Source: a virus
Lineage: Duplodnaviria; Caudoviricetes
Virus record (IMG/VR): IMGVR_UViG_3300006930_000009
Span: 3,794-67,793 of that record
Direction: 5' to 3' (one strand)
DNA: 64,000 bases
Under the pieces are notes generated by a model that ran no database searches, had not been told where the DNA came from, and saw only the letters and a list, made by a program, of their open reading frames with translations. Both the position numbers and the translations under genes were made by a program. Within the stretch, counting starts at the first letter, position 1, and each line of letters begins with the position of its first letter. This document shows, in pieces, positions 18,717-29,151 of this stretch.

Positions 18717-21700
18717 TCAACTGCCGAACTCTGATGCCAGATCCAGATAGGTAGATAATGCTGTTTCGTAGATCTCGCCAGTCTGACTCCGAAGATCTGC
18801 TACAGCCTGTGTGATATAGGTTGATTTGTATGCATCTGACAGATACATCACTCCATCATCCGTGATCCATTCGTTAATAGTAAATGCCGGGTCTGCGAGA
18901 GTCAAATATTCAGTATAGTTTGCTTCCGCAGTGCCAAACAATGCCGTATACCCGGCCTGAATATTATTCTTCTTCTGACCTGCTGTCACCCAGTCGATAT
19001 CACCGGATGTCGCCTGTTCATCCAGAGTTGTGCAATATGCATCGATCTTCTGATGTAATGCAGTTGCTTTCGCCTCATAGGGAGTGATAAAGGTATCATA
19101 CGCGGACTCTGCATACTCAGAATACTCTGATGCGGTAGCCGTCTTCTTTACCATATGCTCCGTGAGTGAATAGGTCTGGGAATCGCTATCAATCGACGCC
19201 TGTTCTGACGGCGGCATGGATTCTACTGATGTATACAATAATGAATTAAAACATTCATTGAGGTTCATACCCGACTCATCCGTGATCCCGTTCTCGGTCA
19301 CATCATATTGAGTTCCATTTTTTGAATTGTATGCATCAATTACGTCTTTCAGATTCACCGGCTCATATTTCCCGTTTCCCATACCCAGATAGTTCCGGAG
19401 AGATTCAGACATGTAGACCTGATCCCCCGCCTTGAACTGTTGCACCGATGATGCAGCCGGGGCCGGGTAACGCTCTCCGATGATGGATCGAGGGTTGTAT
19501 AAACACTTCCGGGTATTGGCACAACACTGGCTCATCGAACCCTGATTGTCAGCAATCTTCACCTGCCCATTCAGATACACGTTCTTCCCATCGAGAATCA
19601 TATCACCGGCGGTTTTAATATACGTATCTCCATCGCAGGTGAGCTGAAGGGTATCCTTTGCATACATATCAATGATCCCTTTCTCATCTTTCTGCTGCAT
19701 GGTGAGATGAGCCAGATGAAACGGTTTTCGATCGGTGATAGACGTAAGATCTTTGGGATCCGATACAATCTCTACTAACCGATCCACACTGGTAGAGAAC
19801 CCGGTCGTCTCATTTCCGGATGCAGAGGTCATCACCTGTGTTCCGTCAGCACCTACCGTATGAATCGTCAGTATTGATGCCAGAGCGGATATGGATGATA
19901 TCTTCGATTCATAGACGGCATTATACCGTTTGGTATAGATGTCGGGGCGACGGAGTAACACCCCTACCTCAGGAGCGACCGTGGTCTCCTGAGCCCCGTT
20001 AATATACACGTCAATGACGTTCGAAAATGTCGTGATATCCGGCTGACCATCGGTTCCCGTCATGGCATTCCGGCGATCTGCCTTATACCGGGCCCGGACA
20101 GGGCTTGCAATCAGTTCTGATCGGCGAGACCAGTATCGCATTGATTTTACCGACAGATCCGGCTCATGGTACGGAATGAGTGACTGGATGTATACCTCAT
20201 ACGCTCCCCCTAACGGATCGGATGTCCAATCCATTCCCATTTTGATATCGTCTTCGATCTGCTGGATAGGATCTCCGGGTTTCTCTCCTACGGTAAAACT
20301 ACCGGTATGTACAATCTTCGTCTTCGGGTTTGTCACCCTCACTTCACGGACAGATTCCGGAGCGGTTCCTGTAATAACGAGTTTACATACCAGTGATGAG
20401 ACGGTACGGGAGAGATAGGATACGGTGATCCCTACTCCGGAGATATCAACGGTAGATTCAGACTCAAATGTCGCACCGGTGATTGTTATCTGGCATTCAG
20501 ATCCGGCCGGGGAAAACTCCGGGGTGATCGTTACCGGAGGACGAGGAGTGTAGATCGTAGGATCATCAAACATCGATGCAATCGTCTCTTCATATACCTG
20601 TTCTGCATCGGTAAGTTCCTCCTCATTTTGACGCTTTGTCTGGATACGAGTGAGTTCATCCCGCTGTTCCCATGTAAGGAGTGGGATGTCCGGCACTTCC
20701 TTGACATACATCTGAAACAGGGGCACGTCAGTGAGATCCGGAGGAGAACATTGGTATAACTCATAGCATTTATCACAGGTGAGTGATGACCCGTTCAGCT
20801 TACAGATCTTTTTGGTAACTACCGTCGTGGATCCGGTGGGAGTGATGATATCGCATCGCTCAATCGGATATACCGGTTCAAAGTCGGTATCATGTTCAAT
20901 CAATACCCGTTCACACGGCGTCCGGGTATATATCTCGATCCCATTCTTGGTGATGATAACTTCCTGCGTCGTATAATAAATCGGGGAGAGGCACGGTCGT
21001 TGAGGGATATCCGCACACTTTGTATGGTTTGCAATAATAGGAGTTATCTGCTCGGTTTTCTTCACTACCTGATCATTCAGATACGAAAACTCATCATCCG
21101 GGAATGACCAGTTGATGATCTTATACCGGATAGATTCTTCCGCAATAGATACCCCGGTGAGCGTGTTATACACATCCCCGATGACGATCGGTGCTGCCCC
21201 TTCCGGGAGATTCAGATCGGTAAACGACTGACATGCATCATTTTTCCGTAACGGGTTTTTAATAGACGGAAGAGATGTATCATAAAAATTCGATGCATAG
21301 ATGAGATTCGTGCGTTCCTCTCCTACCAGTTCAGATAATAACGTATTGACAAATTTACAGTCTTTATTCCGGGCGACTGACCAGATATCGTCGTAAGGAG
21401 CATCAGATATGGACTGGATTCCGCCGATCACAAATGCATTGTTCAGATCAAACAATGTCAGTTCATCGATGGTCTGTGGATCCCGACGTTTTAACATCTC
21501 ATCCAGTTCATGTTTTGCAAACATGACGATCATCACATCACCCGGCCGGGGAACAGATACCATGGCCGATGTGCTTGACCCGAGTCCAAATATCGGACAC
21601 CCAAGTATCTTGATGATCTTCCCGTTCACTTTATGTTTCAGCGTGATATCCACTCGCATAATATCGAGTGAAACCGCATCCACGATCCCCATGTCAATCG

Positions 21701-21785
21701 TATTGACTTTACTCACCATGCGTTCGGTGAGGGTCAATAACCGTTGTCCTAATGCGTTATTATCTCCGGTTTGCGGACCTGCCAT
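18717..21785 (-). CDS. Central spike (Gp138/gpV-like) with large insertion and C-terminal extension (1022 aa)
   Basis: N-terminal Gp138-like OB domain (VPRPGDVMIVMFAKHELD...FDLNNAFVIGG), short beta-strand repeats at aa ~700-740, IPT/TIG-like domain at ~20300-20530. Confidence 0.75.
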   Translation of the reverse strand: MAGPQTGDNNALGQRLLTLTERMVSKVNTIDMGIVDAVSLDIMRVDITLKHKVNGKIIKILGCPIFGLGSSTSAMVSVPRPGDVMIVMFAKHELDEMLKRRDPQTIDELTLFDLNNAFVIGGIQSISDAPYDDIWSVARNKDCKFVNTLLSELVGEERTNLIYASNFYDTSLPSIKNPLRKNDACQSFTDLNLPEGAAPIVIGDVYNTLTGVSIAEESIRYKIINWSFPDDEFSYLNDQVVKKTEQITPIIANHTKCADIPQRPCLSPIYYTTQEVIITKNGIEIYTRTPCERVLIEHDTDFEPVYPIERCDIITPTGSTTVVTKKICKLNGSSLTCDKCYELYQCSPPDLTDVPLFQMYVKEVPDIPLLTWEQRDELTRIQTKRQNEEELTDAEQVYEETIASMFDDPTIYTPRPPVTITPEFSPAGSECQITITGATFESESTVDISGVGITVSYLSRTVSSLVCKLVITGTAPESVREVRVTNPKTKIVHTGSFTVGEKPGDPIQQIEDDIKMGMDWTSDPLGGAYEVYIQSLIPYHEPDLSVKSMRYWSRRSELIASPVRARYKADRRNAMTGTDGQPDITTFSNVIDVYINGAQETTVAPEVGVLLRRPDIYTKRYNAVYESKISSISALASILTIHTVGADGTQVMTSASGNETTGFSTSVDRLVEIVSDPKDLTSITDRKPFHLAHLTMQQKDEKGIIDMYAKDTLQLTCDGDTYIKTAGDMILDGKNVYLNGQVKIADNQGSMSQCCANTRKCLYNPRSIIGERYPAPAASSVQQFKAGDQVYMSESLRNYLGMGNGKYEPVNLKDVIDAYNSKNGTQYDVTENGITDESGMNLNECFNSLLYTSVESMPPSEQASIDSDSQTYSLTEHMVKKTATASEYSEYAESAYDTFITPYEAKATALHQKIDAYCTTLDEQATSGDIDWVTAGQKKNNIQAGYTALFGTAEANYTEYLTLADPAFTINEWITDDGVMYLSDAYKSTYITQAVADLRSQTGEIYETALSTYLDLASEFGS

Positions 21786-23003
21786 TTATCCTCCTACAAC
21801 ATTCGCATTCAGGTATTTATCCAGACGGGTATATCCTTTTTTTGCCAATATGCTCTTTTCCGTCGTATCAATGACGGTAGGCACTCCAGACTCTGACGTT
21901 TTTTGGGTATATCCGGATATCACCGTATAATATTCCACCCCAAAGGTAGATCCGGTGTGGCGAATCGACTGAGCATAAAACCCGACGGGTTCGATCTTTT
22001 TCGTCCCCGGGTTCACTTCACCAAACCGGGTAGACTGGATGATAATATTATCATGCATATCAACCGCAGGGGATAAGAGTAACTTTGCCACCCATAATGA
22101 CTCTTCCCCCATAACTGTTGTATCAGTCGGTTCGAATGATAACAGACCAGAATCTACGGTAAACGTATGCACTTCAATACCGGGAGCCTTTGCCATCGAG
22201 CCCTTCTTTTCAAACCGGAATCCGGTATTTTTCCGAATATACCAGACATAGGTATCGGGTTCCTGCGGGGTGACCAATGCAGATACCCGATCGGTATCGG
22301 TATACCGGGGATCATCAAGGATCTTATTATATGTGGTTTTAATCACCAGACCATTGACTCTCCGGGTGACGGCTTCAATAATTGCATACGGTTTCCCGGT
22401 ATAGGTCTCCCATTTTGTCGTGGTAAGACCGGTCGGTTCAATATAGTCAATAATGATACCCCCATCCAGTTCCTTTACGGCGTCAGTAATGATGTCCTCA
22501 TACCGGGTTCCGGGAGGGTAATGATGATCGCCCTGCTTATTATGGGTATCGGTATACAGTAAACTGGTCTGGCATGAACATTTGATTACCGTGACGACAT
22601 CAAGGCCTTCAAATGTCGAATACACGGTATCGGTATATCCTTCAAAGATCACGTGAAAATCGGTTTCATACCCGGCAGAGATCTGGATCATCTGATGGCG
22701 ACGAGTAATACTGCTCCGTAACTCCCGAGAGATATTGTAGATTCGAACTTCAGCGGTGTTCGCATTTCCCCCATCGGTATATAATACGTCAAATACCATA
22801 TCATACCCATCAAAGGATCCCATATCAGCGATATCTTTCTCCGTATAGCTAAAGGTGAACGTCCCGCCGGTCGGTCGGGACGAGTTTACCTGTAATGACG
22901 GATACCGAAATATATAAAAATCAGACGGCGCCTCTTCCGTAAGATCTTTTGGGGCGGCAGTGATAACGACCTCCACCATCCGATAGATATACTTCCCTGT
23001 CAT
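21786..23003 (-). CDS. Baseplate hub protein
   Basis: NTAEVRIYNIS...IQISAGYE..F..IFEG pattern typical of myovirus hub proteins; position upstream of spike. Confidence 0.8.
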   Translation of the reverse strand: MTGKYIYRMVEVVITAAPKDLTEEAPSDFYIFRYPSLQVNSSRPTGGTFTFSYTEKDIADMGSFDGYDMVFDVLYTDGGNANTAEVRIYNISRELRSSITRRHQMIQISAGYETDFHVIFEGYTDTVYSTFEGLDVVTVIKCSCQTSLLYTDTHNKQGDHHYPPGTRYEDIITDAVKELDGGIIIDYIEPTGLTTTKWETYTGKPYAIIEAVTRRVNGLVIKTTYNKILDDPRYTDTDRVSALVTPQEPDTYVWYIRKNTGFRFEKKGSMAKAPGIEVHTFTVDSGLLSFEPTDTTVMGEESLWVAKLLLSPAVDMHDNIIIQSTRFGEVNPGTKKIEPVGFYAQSIRHTGSTFGVEYYTVISGYTQKTSESGVPTVIDTTEKSILAKKGYTRLDKYLNANVVGG

Positions 23004-23290
23004 ACGACCAGCGTCACTCCGGTATCGGTGATCTCATCCACATACACGACGAATGAGACGCATTCGGATGAGCCACGTTTTACATTCGATGGATCTCTCA
23101 CTGTATACCCGGTATTTTCAACAATCTTCCCCCGGAATAATACCACCATGTTCGAGTTGAAAATATCCACCGTGATGAAGGAGAATAATTCATTCTTTCG
23201 AAATTGGAACGTATACATACTCCCATGCAGGTTGACATAAATCTGTTGAGGGTATGCTTGCCCGGGGATGGTCTGAATGGTTGTCGTCAT
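23000..23290 (-). CDS. Small baseplate plug-like protein
   Basis: 96 aa, Q.I.VNL.G..YTF.FR.NE.F pattern; conserved position between Dit-like and hub genes. Confidence 0.6.
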   Translation of the reverse strand: MTTTIQTIPGQAYPQQIYVNLHGSMYTFQFRKNELFSFITVDIFNSNMVVLFRGKIVENTGYTVRDPSNVKRGSSECVSFVVYVDEITDTGVTLVV

Positions 23291-23291
23291 G

Positions 23292-23969
23292 TTAATACGC
23301 CATGTTAGTCACTACGGATCCCGTATTCTGAGATGCAGTCTTTGCAATATAGGATTTGGTCACCGTGGTCCCATCTTCGGCCGTCTTCCCTATTACCGTC
23401 TTCATCGCCGATGTGGTCGGGCCGGCATCTGTCCGGATATTGGACTGACGGTTTACCACTCCGGACAACACCTTCGCATACTTGATCTCGATGAGTGATA
23501 ATGAGCACGGGTAGGTATTGATCGAGTTTTCATCGTCAAACTGCATATCGGCAATCGCCATGTTATTAAACTTGCCAAATCCGGTGATGACTTCCACCAA
23601 TTGTTTCTTTACATACATTGCCATTAACTGTTCCAACTCTTCCCGGCGACGAATCAGTTGTAACTTCACCGATAGCCGGGTAGGTTTGATATCAATATGG
23701 TCAGATATCTCAAACCCGTTTTCCACCCGGTGGGTCGGCACATCCGCACTTTCTGCGGTCGATATCCCTACCGTGGCAGTAAATACCAACCCTCCGATAG
23801 ATATCTGTTCACAGTACATCTCCTCATTGTCAGCATCCACCCAGTCAATCGTATAGGTGTTACCGTCTTCATCTGTATATACCGGGAGATCCGGATTCGT
23901 CACCTTCCCGGTAGATACCCGGGAGAGGGAGTAATCATAATTCTCCCGGATCGTATCATAATCTGACAT
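23292..23969 (-). CDS. Dit-like tail tube initiator
   Basis: SADVPTHRVENGFEISDHI..KP..L motif; start at 23969 gives TGATG coupling to TMP (track starts 23981). Confidence 0.75.
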   Translation of the reverse strand: MSDYDTIRENYDYSLSRVSTGKVTNPDLPVYTDEDGNTYTIDWVDADNEEMYCEQISIGGLVFTATVGISTAESADVPTHRVENGFEISDHIDIKPTRLSVKLQLIRRREELEQLMAMYVKKQLVEVITGFGKFNNMAIADMQFDDENSINTYPCSLSLIEIKYAKVLSGVVNRQSNIRTDAGPTTSAMKTVIGKTAEDGTTVTKSYIAKTASQNTGSVVTNMAY

Positions 23970-26900
23970 CAGATCCCCCATGTGGATAACTCATGACTGA
24001 TCTTCCCGATAACATTGTCACTGATTACCCTGCCAAGTGCTTCCCCGAGCTTCTGTGCATCCACAGTTCCATTGTTAATGGCTTCCACGATATCTCCGCT
24101 GGTGATCGGTATAGTGATGTTCATCCCTTTCATATCCACTGAGTTTGAGGTAGATGGCCGCTCATTCAGATTCTTCAGGTGATCGTTCATCTGACTCAGT
24201 GCCTGATTGGTATCCTGTTTTGATTCCCGTTTGGTTTCCGTCACAACTTCACTGACCTTTTCCCGGGTGGTCGTCACATCATGCTTGGTAATTGATGATG
24301 CGGCATCAGCAGCGGCTTTTGCTCCGGCACCGATGAAATCCCCACCTGCAAGGTTAGAGATCCAGTCCGGCGGTGGTGGGAAGTTGTTAATCATATCAAT
24401 CAACTTTTTCATGATACCGGTGAGCCACTGTAATGCCCCGACAATTGCCTGAACTGAATCAGAGATCTTATCAAATATCCCTTTCACCAACTCAGCAACT
24501 ACCCTGAATGCAGCAAACCGGTCAGCCAGATACATAATGATCTCCTGAAGTGTTCGGAACGGATGCATGAGTTTATCCAGTATAGACAGAATAAACGTAA
24601 TGACGTCCTTAATATAGGCAAGTGAGGATCCAATCTGCGAGTTAATACCGGACATAATGGTATCAAATGCCGATTTCCCTACGGTAGCCAGATCCGTAAC
24701 TGTGATACCCAGTGTCTCCATAATCCTCTGAATCATCAGGAGTGGGTTGGATGCGGCAGTGACGATCCCGATGAACTGGGTCAGGGATCCGATCATCTGG
24801 GATACGTTCCCCGGATTAAAGATATCTTTTAATGATGTCTTTCCTACCACGGACATTAATGTCGTTAACAATGATATGGTTCCGGTAAGCGGGTTGCTGA
24901 ATGATGTCAGCGTTTTAATGATACCCATGAGTGAGTTCAATGCGGATGATACCGGAGTGATGACATCAGGGAGAGCACCCATATGATCTTTCATGGATAA
25001 TACTAATCCGGTGAGAAGACCTATCGGACCGGCAACTCCAGTCGTAATCACCGATAAGGCAGACATATGTACCCCCATTGCACCGATGATGTCAATCAAT
25101 GGTTTGAAGGTATCATATAACCATTTCAATGCCTGAATGAGTGCCCATAATACTGCCGTGACAGCCAGAATACTGACAATCAGCGGGGATAAGTTAAACA
25201 GTAAGATAACAGCGGCTATCTTCCCGATCCATTTCACCACATCTTTTAACCATGATAAGAATCCTGACTCATCAAGATATTTCACACAATCCTTGATGGC
25301 AGCAATGACGGCTTCAAATATACCAATGATGGATGCATCTTCAATCTGAATATTAAATAATCCTAATACCATCTTGATTAACTCATTGATAAACGGAGTG
25401 ATTGCGTTAATGACTTCCATGAACCCGGATACAAAGTCATTCCACAACCCACCCAGATATACCATTGCGCCACCAACGGCTTCTTTCAGGTATTCAAAGA
25501 GTTTTCCAAACCCGATGATCACCGGGGTTACAGTTGGAATATATTGAGATAACCACTTGAAGAATTGCCCGAGAAGGGAGTCGTCCCATCCTTTATCAAG
25601 CACATCCCATAACAGATAGAGTGCAGCAACCACCGCACCTATGGCAGCGATAATAGGCAGGAATGGGGCTATCATTGCATATAGCGCCATTGTTGCCGGG
25701 ATAATGGATGCAGTTAGGAGGTCAAATGATGCAGCAAGGCCAAGGTTTGCAAGAGCCGATGCTTCATCGATAGGGATACCTGCTAGTACGGCAGCATTCT
25801 GTGCAAGATAAGCAACGGTCCCCGTAACAAGCGATACGGTAAGGAGGCGAATGGATCCCATGAGACCTAACTTTGCCCCCGTGGCAGTCTCCGTCGTGGT
25901 GATCATTGCCCATGTTGCCGCATTCTGTGCAAGTGTAGATATCGTCTCTACCTTTTGAGCGATGGATGTCAGAATAATAGATGCCCGGAACTGGGACAGG
26001 AACCCAATTACACTCTTGAAGTTCAGCCCTAACATCTCCGCTGCCTTGTAATACATAATAAGGGCACCAACTCCGGCAGTAAGTCCGGCACCAAGTGTGG
26101 CAATGGATCCAATGATATACATCAATGGGCCGGGAAGTCGGTTCAGTATCTCAAGGAAAGCGTTTACCGGGACAAGAATTACGGTAAGGGCATCATGAAA
26201 CGGGCCGGATAACTGTTGCTGAATCAGAGACAGGTTCTCGTTAAACCGGGTAAGTGACTCATTTAAGGTATCAGCGCCTTCGGATGCCTGACCGAACTGG
26301 CGAAGAACAGCATCGGTCGCCTGTGCACGGGCAGCCATCCGCTGTTCCGGGTTGAGCATAGAGGATGAACTAACCCCCATCTCTTTCGTCGCCTTGATCA
26401 TTTCTTCCCTGAACATCTTCATGGCAGCAGCGCCATTCTGACCGAACTTTTGCCTGAATACTTCCGGATTCAAAGACGTCGTCATTAAATTCGTGACTTC
26501 TTTGAATGAGTCGCGGATATCCAGATGCATCGCATGAGCGTGATCCGTAACGGTTTTTAATACCCCGGGGATCTTTTCAGCGGCTACATACATTCCGGAT
26601 AACTGAGCCGCCATTTCAGAGACATCATTATCCTCCAGTAACCCTTTCGTAGCACGCATTGATTTTGCCATTACTTCATCGGTCGCATTTCCGACCATGG
26701 TGAGGAGATGGATGGCAGATCCGGCAGACTGGATTAACTTCTGCATACCGGTATCAAAGTATGCCAGCGCCCGCTGGCCTAATACGGCAAACTGTTCAGC
26801 GGCAAGCATTGCAGCGAGGGCGGAACTATCAATCCCATCCTTAAACTTATCTACGGCATCGGTCGAATCGTCAAACCCGTCTTTTGCCTTATCTGTTGCA

Positions 26901-27934
26901 TCTTTCAGGGATGCAGTGAGATCGGCTACCTGTTTCTTCAGATCGTCAATGATCTCCTGTGTGGCTTCAGGGACGGGTTTATCCGAATCTCCAACAAATA
27001 ACCGATCAAGGATCGGTTTAAAATCGGCATATAATTCGTCAAGGCTGGTGCGAATATCACCGATAGATGCCGTAACCGACTCACCCATTGATCGGGCATT
27101 TTCCGTGATCTTGGTAAATGCCGATGAGAGATCCCACGTCTTCTGAATGGTAGCGTCTGCTTCAGCAGCCGTATCATCTTTCCCTTTCTCGAATGCAAGC
27201 GATACCGGGATCTCAATCGGTTCCATTCCGGTAATACTTTTTGCAAACTTCTTCATATCTGCAACGACCGGGATCTGCACGGCAGTTACCTGCTTTTGCA
27301 GATCATCAAGATTTAACGACGCTCCTATCGTGATGTCAGGAATACTGGATACATCCACTATTGCCGGGATCGTAATAGGACCAGTTTCATTAGTAACTTC
27401 AGTGATGGTTGCTTTCGCATCCACGGTGATTGCATCAATAGATGCCGGAAGATTAGATAAATCTGCAATAATCGGGACAGTGAGTCCGGATATCTGCTCT
27501 TGTATTCCGGACCAGTCAAGAGTGGGATAAATAGGGATCTCCAGATGGGGGAGATCCTTCATCAGGTTTTGCGCAGCCTCGTCCTTCTGATTTTCAAGGA
27601 ACGACTGCATGACAATCGTTGGAGTGATATCAACCGGAACAGTGAGTTTCCAGTCTTTCCCTACTGATGTCTGAATTGAGGTGATGAGTTCATCGACATT
27701 ATCACTGGTGACGGTGATAGGGAGCGTAAATGCCTCAGTTGAATCGGCGATCCGGGTCTTGATCGTATCCAACATGGCAATGGTCTGATCATCAATAGAT
27801 TTTGTTAATGCCGCAAATGATCGCTCGATATCTTTCGTAGATGCCTCTACCAGTTTTAAGATATCATCAATGACTTTATCGGCATTACTGACAAACGTCA
27901 GCTTATATGTTGCATCAGACCCGTTCTGCTCCAT
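23969..27934 (-). CDS. Tape measure protein (1321 aa)
   Basis: Long alpha-helical protein with Ala/Gly/hydrophobic repeats, between tail chaperone and Dit-like gene. Confidence 0.9.
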   Translation of the reverse strand: MEQNGSDATYKLTFVSNADKVIDDILKLVEASTKDIERSFAALTKSIDDQTIAMLDTIKTRIADSTEAFTLPITVTSDNVDELITSIQTSVGKDWKLTVPVDITPTIVMQSFLENQKDEAAQNLMKDLPHLEIPIYPTLDWSGIQEQISGLTVPIIADLSNLPASIDAITVDAKATITEVTNETGPITIPAIVDVSSIPDITIGASLNLDDLQKQVTAVQIPVVADMKKFAKSITGMEPIEIPVSLAFEKGKDDTAAEADATIQKTWDLSSAFTKITENARSMGESVTASIGDIRTSLDELYADFKPILDRLFVGDSDKPVPEATQEIIDDLKKQVADLTASLKDATDKAKDGFDDSTDAVDKFKDGIDSSALAAMLAAEQFAVLGQRALAYFDTGMQKLIQSAGSAIHLLTMVGNATDEVMAKSMRATKGLLEDNDVSEMAAQLSGMYVAAEKIPGVLKTVTDHAHAMHLDIRDSFKEVTNLMTTSLNPEVFRQKFGQNGAAAMKMFREEMIKATKEMGVSSSSMLNPEQRMAARAQATDAVLRQFGQASEGADTLNESLTRFNENLSLIQQQLSGPFHDALTVILVPVNAFLEILNRLPGPLMYIIGSIATLGAGLTAGVGALIMYYKAAEMLGLNFKSVIGFLSQFRASIILTSIAQKVETISTLAQNAATWAMITTTETATGAKLGLMGSIRLLTVSLVTGTVAYLAQNAAVLAGIPIDEASALANLGLAASFDLLTASIIPATMALYAMIAPFLPIIAAIGAVVAALYLLWDVLDKGWDDSLLGQFFKWLSQYIPTVTPVIIGFGKLFEYLKEAVGGAMVYLGGLWNDFVSGFMEVINAITPFINELIKMVLGLFNIQIEDASIIGIFEAVIAAIKDCVKYLDESGFLSWLKDVVKWIGKIAAVILLFNLSPLIVSILAVTAVLWALIQALKWLYDTFKPLIDIIGAMGVHMSALSVITTGVAGPIGLLTGLVLSMKDHMGALPDVITPVSSALNSLMGIIKTLTSFSNPLTGTISLLTTLMSVVGKTSLKDIFNPGNVSQMIGSLTQFIGIVTAASNPLLMIQRIMETLGITVTDLATVGKSAFDTIMSGINSQIGSSLAYIKDVITFILSILDKLMHPFRTLQEIIMYLADRFAAFRVVAELVKGIFDKISDSVQAIVGALQWLTGIMKKLIDMINNFPPPPDWISNLAGGDFIGAGAKAAADAASSITKHDVTTTREKVSEVVTETKRESKQDTNQALSQMNDHLKNLNERPSTSNSVDMKGMNITIPITSGDIVEAINNGTVDAQKLGEALGRVISDNVIGKISHELSTWGI

Positions 27935-27974
27935 AGTATCTTATCGGTTGTATAAAAAGAGTGATAAAAGGAGG

Positions 27975-28321
27975 TCAGAGATTCTTCTCTTCCCTGCAAT
28001 ACCCGTCATCGGATACCACGAACCGCCGGGTGAATACTCCTCCGGGGAGATCACTTTTCGGTTTGGTTTTTGGTGCAGCAGGTTTCTTTACCACGGGCTG
28101 CTGTTTAGGTGTTGCGATAGACGTAGCGGCCTGTGTAACCGGTTGCATATCCTCATCGGTTTTGTACAGCGTAGATAACGCGTATACCCACCCGATCTGC
28201 TTTTCTAGGGGCCATGCTTTTACGACGTCGATATCAGTCCCGGTCTTAAGCGATATTACGTAAAGCGGGAGGTTCCGTCTAACGTTGTCTGAGAGTTCTG
28301 CCCCGAGTCCAGAAAATCTTC
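27975..28321 (-). other. -1 frame extension of tail assembly chaperone (lambda gpGT-like, fusion ~202 aa)
   Basis: The -1 frame is open from 28322 to TGA at 27975-27977 with no start of its own and reads ELSDNVRRNLPLYVISLKTGTDIDVVKAWPLEKQIGWVYAL...; candidate slip sites GAT TTT C (28318-28312) or TCG GGG (28306-28301). Confidence 0.7.
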
Positions 28322-28582
28322 GTCAGCATCTACCTTATGCTGATCCATGATCTGTTTCCCGACGGTAGTGACTCGCTTTGCATCCCAGCTGGCGATATCA
28401 GACTCTTTGAACCGGCGTTTCTTCCCACTGTCATCAAGAATGCTCTCCAGAATGAGCGTTTTGAACATGGAACCAAGTTTCTTTGTCGCCTGATAGTCAC
28501 CGATGACATCAAGTAACTCAAATCCGGTTAATTTACGAGCCGTATAGGTTTCACTACCCACGGTAATAGTATAGGTTTCCAT
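28256..28582 (-). CDS. Tail assembly chaperone (gpG-like)
   Basis: 108 aa between tube and TMP; overlapping open -1 frame. Confidence 0.75.
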   Translation of the reverse strand: METYTITVGSETYTARKLTGFELLDVIGDYQATKKLGSMFKTLILESILDDSGKKRRFKESDIASWDAKRVTTVGKQIMDQHKVDADEDFLDSGQNSQTTLDGTSRFT

Positions 28583-28625
28583 AACACTTAAATAATAAGA
28601 GAAGAAAGGTATTTAAACCTTTCGA

Positions 28626-29150
28626 TTAGTCAGAGTCCTTGAATGTCTTAAAGGTCATCGATCCGCTGGTGATATCTTCAGTGTTGTACTTCTCCGAGAT
28701 CTTAATTGCCAAACCCTGAACGACCACCTCATTTGCATCGTATGCAAATGTACCCGTGTTGATCTGGGTGATGATACAAGACGTACAATCAACGTTGATA
28801 TACCCACTCACGGAGAAGGATATCTGGAAAAGTAAGTTCTGACGCTTCGCCTTGATGAACTTTGACATTATCTTCGAGGTTACCCGAAGACGAATCGCCC
28901 ATGTCGGTTTGATGTGATGAAGGTTGAACCCAACAACGCCACGAAGAGACTCGATGTGAGTGACTTCGCGGTCATTGTTATACTCGAATGAAGTGAAATC
29001 ATCAACGGTTGTATCGAATGCGTGAAGACGAATATCTCTGACATCCCACTTGATGATATCCTCAGTCGTGCCTTCGACACCGCCGTGCAATGCATCATCG
29101 TTGTATGCACCGGCGTCGTAAAAAGTATCGGTAATAACTGTATCGGACAT
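28626..29150 (-). CDS. Tail tube protein (DUF3277-like)
   Basis: Beta-rich 174-aa protein immediately downstream of the sheath. Confidence 0.7.
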   Translation of the reverse strand: MSDTVITDTFYDAGAYNDDALHGGVEGTTEDIIKWDVRDIRLHAFDTTVDDFTSFEYNNDREVTHIESLRGVVGFNLHHIKPTWAIRLRVTSKIMSKFIKAKRQNLLFQISFSVSGYINVDCTSCIITQINTGTFAYDANEVVVQGLAIKISEKYNTEDITSGSMTFKTFKDSD

Positions 29151-29151
29151 T

